Assembly: GCA_965215505.1 (NCBI GenBank)
Contig: OZ244065.1
Span: forward strand, 1,056,001 to 1,120,000
Direction of reading: 5' to 3'
Length of the DNA: 64,000 nucleotides
Origin: Capsulimonadaceae bacterium
GTDB taxonomy: Bacteria; Armatimonadota; Armatimonadia; Armatimonadales; Capsulimonadaceae
Shown: piece by piece, positions 57,220-64,000 of the stretch
Layout of the letters: every line of letters starts with the position of its first letter
Position numbering within the stretch: position 1 is the stretch's first letter
The notes under the pieces: generated by a model
The model's database searches: none
Seen by the model: only the letters and a program-made list of their open reading frames with translations
Told to the model about the DNA's origin: nothing
Program-made: the position numbers and the translations under genes

Positions 57220-58244
57220 AAGCACTGGTGAAACGACACGCGGAGCCGGGACTGTGGCTGGAGGACGTGCCCGAGCCGGTCATGGGCATCAACGACGTGC
57301 TAATCCGGGTTCTGCGGACGGGCATCTGCGGGACGGACCTGCACATCTACGACTGGGACGCCTGGGCGCGGAAGACCGTGCCGGTGCCGCTCGTCGTCGG
57401 CCATGAGTTCGTCGGGGAGGTCGTGGCCGTCGGCGCGAATGTCTCGGACTTCTTCGCGGGCGAGATCGTCAGCGGCGAGGGCCACGTCGTCTGCGGGCGC
57501 TGCCGGAACTGCCTGGCGGGGCGGCGGCATTTGTGCAAAGACACGCAGGGCGTCGGCGTCAACCGGGCCGGCGCGTTCGCCGAGTTCATCGCGCTGCCGA
57601 TGACGAACGTCTGGCACCACCGGCCCGGCGTGGATTTGGACGTGGCCGCGATCTTCGACCCGTTCGGCAATGCCGTCCACACCGCCCTCTCCTTCCCGGT
57701 TCTCGGCGAGGACGTGCTGATCACGGGCGCGGGTCCCATCGGCATCATGGCCGCCGCCGTGGCGCGGCACGCCGGGGCGCGGTTCGTCGTCGTCACGGAC
57801 GTCAACGAGTACCGGTTGAACCTGGCAAGAGAGATGGGCGCGACGGTGGCCCTGAACGTCCGCGAGGGCAGCCTGGCCGACGTCCAGGCGCAGCTCGGGA
57901 TGCAGGAGGGGTTCGACGTGGGTCTGGAGATGTCCGGCAGCCCCGCCGCCCTGCACGACATGATCGACGCCCTCTGCCACGGCGGCAAGATCGCCATGCT
58001 GGGCATCCCGTCGGGGCCGATTGACGTGGACTGGAACAAGGTCGTCTTCAACATGCTGACGATCAAGGGCATCTACGGGCGCGAGATGTACGAGACGTGG
58101 TACAAGATGAGCGTGATGCTGCAAAGCGGCCTGGACATCAAGCCGGTCATCACGCACCGCTACCCGGTGGACGAGTGGCAGCGGGGCTTTGAGGTGATGG
58201 GGACGGGGAAGTCGGGCAAGGTGATCTTGGAGTGGGCGGCATGA
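57216..58244 (+). CDS. tdh: L-threonine 3-dehydrogenase
   Basis: [35 protein letters not shown] and [11 protein letters not shown] motifs. Confidence 0.97.
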   Translation: MKALVKRHAEPGLWLEDVPEPVMGINDVLIRVLRTGICGTDLHIYDWDAWARKTVPVPLVVGHEFVGEVVAVGANVSDFFAGEIVSGEGHVVCGRCRNCLAGRRHLCKDTQGVGVNRAGAFAEFIALPMTNVWHHRPGVDLDVAAIFDPFGNAVHTALSFPVLGEDVLITGAGPIGIMAAAVARHAGARFVVVTDVNEYRLNLAREMGATVALNVREGSLADVQAQLGMQEGFDVGLEMSGSPAALHDMIDALCHGGKIAMLGIPSGPIDVDWNKVVFNMLTIKGIYGREMYETWYKMSVMLQSGLDIKPVITHRYPVDEWQRGFEVMGTGKSGKVILEWAA

Positions 58245-58255
58245 GGCGGCAGTTA

Positions 58256-58381
58256 GCCACGGGTTGAAACCCGAGGCTGGCAAAAGCCCAGCGTCCAGGG
58301 GACGCAAGAAAGGGCTATGCCGTGCGGGCCTCCGTCGCCTCGACGGTGGGCACTTCGGAGCCTCGGGTTTCAACCCGTGGC
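58256..58381. mobile_element. REPIN/MITE-like element with 23-bp perfect terminal inverted repeats
   Basis: GCCACGGGTTGAAACCCGAGGCT (58256-58278) and its exact reverse complement (58359-58381); internal hairpins. Confidence 0.75.
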
Positions 58382-58402
58382 GGCTCATAGAAAGACAGCA
58401 AC

Positions 58403-59587
58403 ATGTACGGAGCGACGAAAGAGCGGCTGACGCGGGAACTGGAAGGCATCCAGGAGGCGGGGCTGCACAAGAGGGAGCGGGTCATCACGACGCCGCAGGA
58501 CGCGCACGTCCGGGTGGGCGGGGGCGGGCCGCTGCTGAACCTGTGCGCGAACAACTACCTCGGGCTGGCGGAACACCCGGACGTGCTTGGGGCGGCACAC
58601 GCGGCGCTGGACAGGTGGGGTTACGGGCTGGCCTCGGTGCGCTTCATTTGCGGGACGCAGGGCGTTCATAAGGAGCTGGAAGCGAGCCTGAGCGCGTTCC
58701 TGGGGACGGAAGACACCATCCTCTATGGGTCCTGCTTTGACGCCAACGGCGGGCTGTTTGAGACGCTGCTGGGGACCGAGGACGCGGTGATCTCGGACGC
58801 CCTAAACCATGCCAGCATCATTGACGGCATTCGGCTCTGCAAGGCCCAACGCTACCGGTATGCCAACAACGACATGGCCGATTTGGAGGCGAAGCTGAAG
58901 GAGGCGTCCGGGGCGCGGACGCGCCTGATCGCCACCGACGGCGTGTTCTCGATGGACGGCACCATCGCCAACCTCCCCGCCATTTGCGACCTGGCCGAGC
59001 GTTATGACGCCCTGGTCATGGTGGACGACTCGCATGCGGTCGGCTTCCTGGGGAAGACCGGGCGCGGGACGCATGAGTATCACGATGTCATGGGCCGCGT
59101 AGACATCTTCACCGGGACGCTCGGGAAGGCATTGGGCGGGGCCAGCGGCGGCTACACCAGCGGGCGCAAAGAGGTCGTGGACCTGCTGCGGCAGCGGTCG
59201 CGCCCTTACCTGTTTTCGAATTCGCTCGCGCCGCCCATCGCCGCCGCCTCCCTGAAGGTGCTGGAGATGCTGTCGGCATCCACCGCCCTGCGGGACAAGC
59301 TGGAAGACAACACGCGCTTCTTCCGGGACGGCATGAGCGGGCTGGGCTACGAGATCGTGCCGGGGATACACCCCATCGTACCGGTCATGCTGGGCGATGC
59401 GTCGCTGGCGGGCCGGGTGGCCGAGGCGATGCTCGCGCACGGCGTCTACGTCGTCGGCTTCTCCTATCCCGTCGTGCCGCAGGGCAAGGCACGCATCCGC
59501 ACGCAGATCAGCGCCGCCCATTCGCGGGAAGACCTGACGTTCGCCATCGAGGCGTTCGGGGCGGTGCGGAAGGAACTGAGCCTGTGA
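58403..59587 (+). CDS. kbl: glycine C-acetyltransferase (2-amino-3-ketobutyrate CoA ligase)
   Basis: [25 protein letters not shown] and [10 protein letters not shown] (PLP Lys); adjacent to tdh. Confidence 0.97.
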   Translation: MYGATKERLTRELEGIQEAGLHKRERVITTPQDAHVRVGGGGPLLNLCANNYLGLAEHPDVLGAAHAALDRWGYGLASVRFICGTQGVHKELEASLSAFLGTEDTILYGSCFDANGGLFETLLGTEDAVISDALNHASIIDGIRLCKAQRYRYANNDMADLEAKLKEASGARTRLIATDGVFSMDGTIANLPAICDLAERYDALVMVDDSHAVGFLGKTGRGTHEYHDVMGRVDIFTGTLGKALGGASGGYTSGRKEVVDLLRQRSRPYLFSNSLAPPIAAASLKVLEMLSASTALRDKLEDNTRFFRDGMSGLGYEIVPGIHPIVPVMLGDASLAGRVAEAMLAHGVYVVGFSYPVVPQGKARIRTQISAAHSREDLTFAIEAFGAVRKELSL

Positions 59588-60669
59588 CAGAGATGGTCAG
59601 GGCCGCCATCATTCCCGCGCCGGGGCAGGCCGTCGAGGTCCGCCGCTACGCCGTCCCGGACCTGGAACCGGGGGCCGTCCTGCTGAAGACGCTGGCCTCG
59701 GAGGTCTGCGGGACGGACGTTCATCTGTGGCACGGGCGGCTGGCGGGCGTCCCCTACCCGCTCATCCCCGGCCACATCAGCGTCGGTGCGGTGGAGGCGA
59801 CGGGCGGGGCGGTGGTGGACATCGAGGGCGTCCCTGTCGTAGAGGGCGACGTGGTCACCTTCCTGGACGTGGTCGGGACGTGCTACAACTGCTGGTACTG
59901 CCTGGTGGCCCACCAGACCACGCGCTGCCCGCACCGGCGCGTCTACGGCATCACGCTGGGGGCCGATGACGGGCTGCTCGGCGGCTGGTCGGAGCGCATC
60001 TACCTCAAACCGGGTGTCAAGATCGTCCGGCTGCTCCCCGACGTGTCACCCGAGCTTTGGATCGCCGGCGGCTGCGGCCTGCCGACGGCTCTGCACGCGG
60101 TTGACCGGGCGGAGATCCGGCTTGGGGACCGAGTGGTCATCCAGGGCGCGGGGCCGGTGGGCCTGAGCGCCTGTGCCCTCGCCGCGGCTTCAGGCGCGGG
60201 CTGGGTGGGCGTCGTGGACGCCGTCCCGCACCGGCTGGAGGCGGCCCGCCGGATGGGTGCGGACGGCCTCATTCCCCTGGATGCCGACACCATAGACGCC
60301 GTGCGCCGGGCGACGGGCGGGCGCGGGGCGGACATCGTGATTGAGGCCAGCGGCAGCCCTGCGGCCGTCCCGCAGGGCTGCCGGATGGCGCGCGACGGCG
60401 GGCGGTATGTGGTGGTCGGGCAGTACACGGACAACGGGACGGCGGAGATCAACCCGCACTGGGACATCAACCGAAAGCACCTGGAGGTACGCGGCTGCTG
60501 GGGCGTGGACTTCAGCCACATCTGGCGGGCGATGGAGTCGCTGTCGCGGCTTGGTGACCACTTCCCCTGGACGGCGCTGATTTCCCGCCGCTATGGGCTG
60601 GACGAGGCTGGGGACGCGCTGGCGGCCGTCGAGTCCCGGTCGGTGGTCAAGGCGCTGATCGTGCCGTAA
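59584..60669 (+). CDS. zinc-binding alcohol dehydrogenase family protein
   Basis: VCGTDVH, CYNCWYC...C and GAGPVG motifs. Confidence 0.88.
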   Translation: MTEMVRAAIIPAPGQAVEVRRYAVPDLEPGAVLLKTLASEVCGTDVHLWHGRLAGVPYPLIPGHISVGAVEATGGAVVDIEGVPVVEGDVVTFLDVVGTCYNCWYCLVAHQTTRCPHRRVYGITLGADDGLLGGWSERIYLKPGVKIVRLLPDVSPELWIAGGCGLPTALHAVDRAEIRLGDRVVIQGAGPVGLSACALAAASGAGWVGVVDAVPHRLEAARRMGADGLIPLDADTIDAVRRATGGRGADIVIEASGSPAAVPQGCRMARDGGRYVVVGQYTDNGTAEINPHWDINRKHLEVRGCWGVDFSHIWRAMESLSRLGDHFPWTALISRRYGLDEAGDALAAVESRSVVKALIVP

Positions 60670-60693
60670 GTCTGCCCGTGTCCTCCGGTTCCC

Positions 60694-62166
60694 TCAGAAC
60701 GTGAAACTCTTGCCGACGCTGACATCCAGATAACTCCGGCGGAGGCCGTCGCTGCCATAGGTCGTGGTGATCTCGAAATATGACGGCGTCCACCGGTAGC
60801 GCGCGAATACGGCCCCCGTCTCGTGCAGGCCGAGTACGGGCGAGGTGTACTCGAGGCCGACCTTGTAGTGCCACGGCGGCCCAAGCCCGGCGATTTTCCG
60901 CCTGTAGGGCTGCGGAACCATCATGGCATCAGAGGCTGGAGTTTCGGTCGGCGGGCAGACGGGCGTGGCTTCCATATAGGTCGTAAGCTTCAGGATCGTG
61001 TCCTGATAGATGGCCGCGAACCCCAGCCGCTCGGCCCCCCGCTGCCCGCGGTCCCGAAAGCTGTCCTGGAAATACTGCACGGCGGCGACGGCCGTAACCC
61101 CCGATGCGCCTTTGCGGAACGGGTACAGACGTGAGACGGTCGCGCCGCCACTGAAAATGTCGCCGCCCGGAAACAACTGATCCCCGACCACGAGGGCGGC
61201 GGCCGGGCGGCGGGTCCCGTCCGCGAAGTCCCCCAGGACACTGGCTTGCGTGGCGTCGAGCTGCTGAAGCAAACTCTGCAATTTGTCGCAGACGACGGGC
61301 GGGATACCGTCTCCAATCCGCTCCGCCGTTTCAGCGGTGATATCCAGCGCCTTAAGAACAGCGTCGCCGCCTCTGATCACCTCATTGTCAGGCACCTCAT
61401 TGTCAGGCAATTCTTTGTCAGGCAGCAGCCCGTACAGTGACCTGACCGTCGTCACGTTGAGTGTCCTCAACGGATTCAGATTGAGATCGTCTATCTCCCG
61501 GAGAATCTTCGTCACCTCGTCGTGACGCCTGAGACTGTATGCGGCGAGGCTCTGCGGGATGTACTTGAGGGAGAGGCCCAGGCTATCGCGGCGGCTCGCG
61601 CCATCGGTGTAGGCGGATTGGAGGTACTCGGCCACTCCCAGCTCGAACGCGTTCCGCACGTCGCCATAGATCACGTTGGGGGCGTAGATCGGTTTGCCGG
61701 TGCCGACGCGCGTTTGGGCACCGATGTAGGAATAGTAGTACGGCAGAGGGGAACGCAGGGCGTCCTCCTGCACTTCGGAGTTCAGTGTCCTGATTGTCTT
61801 CAGGAGCTCTCTGTCGGCGGCAAGAGCGGCGACGCCCTGCGCGCGGTAGGTGGCAGAATTTTTCGCCGCGCGGTAGAAGGATTTTAATGATTTCACATGC
61901 CTGCTCACGGAGCCGTCGACGGCGTCTGTGTCCTCCTCGTAATCCTCGCGCATGTTGTTCTTGTCAACGATCATCGCGGGCGCGACGGCGAGGCTTGGGG
62001 TGCCGTTCTGGCCGTCCGTGAACTGGCCCGGCTTGCCGTTGTTCGGGCTTTGGACGCTGTTCCGGCTTTGGGCGCTGTTCGGGCTTTGGGCTTTGACGGG
62101 GCCGTACACCGGCGCGAGGGCGAGGAGGCAGAGCAGGACGGCGCGTGAGGCTGAGTGGGTTCGCAT
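60694..62166 (-). CDS. secreted, probably outer-membrane protein
   Basis: AAGGAG SD; TG-C-TATAAT at 62205-62213; signal peptide; amphipathic strands in the C-terminal half; ends VSVGKSFTF. Confidence 0.6.
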   Translation of the reverse strand: MRTHSASRAVLLCLLALAPVYGPVKAQSPNSAQSRNSVQSPNNGKPGQFTDGQNGTPSLAVAPAMIVDKNNMREDYEEDTDAVDGSVSRHVKSLKSFYRAAKNSATYRAQGVAALAADRELLKTIRTLNSEVQEDALRSPLPYYYSYIGAQTRVGTGKPIYAPNVIYGDVRNAFELGVAEYLQSAYTDGASRRDSLGLSLKYIPQSLAAYSLRRHDEVTKILREIDDLNLNPLRTLNVTTVRSLYGLLPDKELPDNEVPDNEVIRGGDAVLKALDITAETAERIGDGIPPVVCDKLQSLLQQLDATQASVLGDFADGTRRPAAALVVGDQLFPGGDIFSGGATVSRLYPFRKGASGVTAVAAVQYFQDSFRDRGQRGAERLGFAAIYQDTILKLTTYMEATPVCPPTETPASDAMMVPQPYRRKIAGLGPPWHYKVGLEYTSPVLGLHETGAVFARYRWTPSYFEITTTYGSDGLRRSYLDVSVGKSFTF

Positions 62167-62243
62167 GGCTTTCTCCTTGAGGAGTTCTACTGCCGGACAT
62201 TCAGATTATAGCATGAGCAGCCGCTTCCTGTCTATGAAAGATG

Positions 62244-64000
62244 TCACACCGGCTCCAGCAGGGCGAGCCTGCCGCGGACGACCTCCGAGCGCCAGCCGTC
62301 GTCGCCGTAGAGCTGCCGGTAGAGTTCCAGCACCTCCTGATAGTGGGTCCGGGCCTCGGGCCATTGATGCAGGGCCTCATGGGCCACGGCGGACAGGTAA
62401 AGGCTGGAGGCAACGTCGGTGTGGATCGGACCGTGGATGCGGCGGTAGTTTTGCAGGGCCGCCTCGTGATACGCCAGCGCCTCGCGCCACCGGCCCTGCT
62501 CCCTCAAGACTTTCCCCAGGTTGTTCCAGTAGACCGACATCGCGGCCGTGGGGCCGTTCTGTGTCGCCCGCAGGCGCTCCGTCTCCAGGGAGGCGCGCAG
62601 GCAGGCCTCTGCCGCCCCGAGTTCCCCCCGCTTCGCGAGTACCATCGCCAGGTTGCTGCGGCAGAGGGATACCTTCGGGTGATCCGGGCCGGAGCGGAGG
62701 ATGCACAGAGCGAGCGCTTTTTGTGAGAACATCTGGGCGCGTTTGAGCTGCCCCTTCTCCTTGAGGATGTAGCCCATCGTGCCGAAGTAGTCCAGCAGGT
62801 CTTCGCTTTCAGGCGCGCCGACGCGGCGCACGAGGCGGAGGGCCGCGCGGACGTTCCGCAGGGCGCTCACGACATCGCCTTGCCCCTGGTCAACCTCTCC
62901 CAGCAGGAGCAGCAGCCGCGCGCGGCCGGCGTGGACGGGGCCGTGCAGGCGCTCGACAAGCCTCAAGGCTTCCTGGAGGTGGGCCGCGGCGTGCGCGAAG
63001 TCGCGCTGCAAGATCAGGAACTCCCCGGATGCCCTCAAGAGCGGGTGCAGGCTTTCGTCGAGTCCGTGATCCCGGCTCTCGGCGATGGCGGCGGTCAGGT
63101 GGGCCATCTCCGGCCGGACGCCGCGCCAGTCCAGTTCCTCATTGGCCCGCCGCAACCGGTCGGTCAGGGCGGCGGCCAGGCGGGCGACATGGGCGCGGTG
63201 TTCCTCTTCGGAGAGCTGCATCCGGGCGAACAGGCGGACCAGCTCGTGCAAGCGCAGGCGCGGTGCGGGGTCCGGCCCGGCCTCACCCGGCTCGGCGGGG
63301 GCTTCATCTTCGGAGATCAGGGAGGCGTCAACGAGGTCTGCCAGGGCCTCTTCCCAGACGCCGACTTCTGCGGGTCCCAGGACATCCAGCAGGAGGTCGC
63401 GCCCGAAGCCGGCGGGGGCGAAGCAGGCGGCGGCGGCGAGGACGGTGCGCGCGGCGGGGTCCAGGCTGAGGTAGGAACGCTCGATGGTCTCGTAGATGCG
63501 CCCTTTGTGGCCGGTGGCGGCGACGAACTTCTCCCGCGCGCGCTCCAGGGTCCGCAGCAGGACGTCTTCGGCGGGGCGGTTCTCACTGGGCGGTGAAAAC
63601 AGGCGACGGCGGTAGTCGGCGAGGCCGAGGCGCAGGCGGGACCGGTGCTGCGCGATGAGGGCCAGGGCCAGCGGCAGGCGGCCCACGGCGTCGGCGATCT
63701 GCCGGGCCGCCGCCCGCTCGTCGCCGTCGGGCACGGCACCGGGGCCGTGCAGCAGGGCGGCGGCGTCATCGGCACCGAGTTTGGGCAGCTCGACCAGCTC
63801 GAAGCCGGACGGGGCGAGGTGTTTCTGCTGGGTGGTCAGCAGCAGGCGGCAGTGGGGGGAGGCCGGCAGCAGGGACAGGTCGGTTTCCTCGGTGACGTTG
63901 TCGAAGACGAACAAGGTGGGCTGCGACAGGTGGTGCAGGCGGTCGCGCAGGCGGGCGACGCAGACCTCGGCGGAGAGGGTTTCGGGGATGCCGAAGAAGC
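62244..64000 (-). CDS. NB-ARC (STAND) NTPase with C-terminal TPR repeats, 5' end outside the window
   Basis: Frame open to the window end; Walker B LFVFDNV, LLLTT, GRLPLAL and LHELVR motifs; TPRs of the GPDHP type. Confidence 0.88.
   Translation of the reverse strand, partial: FFGIPETLSAEVCVARLRDRLHHLSQPTLFVFDNVTEETDLSLLPASPHCRLLLTTQQKHLAPSGFELVELPKLGADDAAALLHGPGAVPDGDERAAARQIADAVGRLPLALALIAQHRSRLRLGLADYRRRLFSPPSENRPAEDVLLRTLERAREKFVAATGHKGRIYETIERSYLSLDPAARTVLAAAACFAPAGFGRDLLLDVLGPAEVGVWEEALADLVDASLISEDEAPAEPGEAGPDPAPRLRLHELVRLFARMQLSEEEHRAHVARLAAALTDRLRRANEELDWRGVRPEMAHLTAAIAESRDHGLDESLHPLLRASGEFLILQRDFAHAAAHLQEALRLVERLHGPVHAGRARLLLLLGEVDQGQGDVVSALRNVRAALRLVRRVGAPESEDLLDYFGTMGYILKEKGQLKRAQMFSQKALALCILRSGPDHPKVSLCRSNLAMVLAKRGELGAAEACLRASLETERLRATQNGPTAAMSVYWNNLGKVLREQGRWREALAYHEAALQNYRRIHGPIHTDVASSLYLSAVAHEALHQWPEARTHYQEVLELYRQLYGDDGWRSEVVRGRLALLEPV

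Noticed and set aside
58256..58381. Possible IscB/TnpB omega-RNA
   Set aside because: Only the terminal hairpin is similar; no nuclease gene is adjacent, and the symmetric doublet fits a REPIN better.

Overview
High-GC bacterial chromosomal DNA from a diderm organism. Outer-membrane beta-barrel-like proteins, SigH and a type A RNase P RNA suggest Armatimonadota; this is inference only. Layout: (1) 1-15.9 kb, an accessory cell-envelope region with two paralogous bitopic Ig-fold proteins, a secreted TPR protein, a secreted WD40-metacaspase and a minus-strand unit of lipoprotein, 1828-aa Ig-repeat adhesin and small OM beta-barrel. (2) 16.2-27.2 kb, a Wzx/Wzy-type polysaccharide cluster. (3) 27.2-39.2 kb, mostly housekeeping: orphan McrC-like nuclease, PAS/GAF protein, DUF151, rho, hpt, nucleotidyltransferase, a signal peptidase I with Cys at the catalytic Ser position, GH172, sigH, CvpA and rnpB. 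(4) 39.3-52.1 kb, a TetR/PadR/AraC-regulated efflux, P450 and oxidoreductase island with four broken genes. (5) 52.1-64 kb, DUF5666 protein, adenylate cyclase, CBS-PPase, tdh-kbl with a REPIN-like element between them, an OM protein and a 5'-truncated NB-ARC/TPR gene. I saw no CRISPR array, tRNA, rRNA or transposase. The best candidates for new biology are the lipoprotein/giant Ig protein/beta-barrel surface unit next to a secreted caspase-like protease, the Cys-Lys signal peptidase, and a Rho lacking its N-terminal helix bundle behind a rut-like leader. All family calls come from motif recognition by eye, not database searches.
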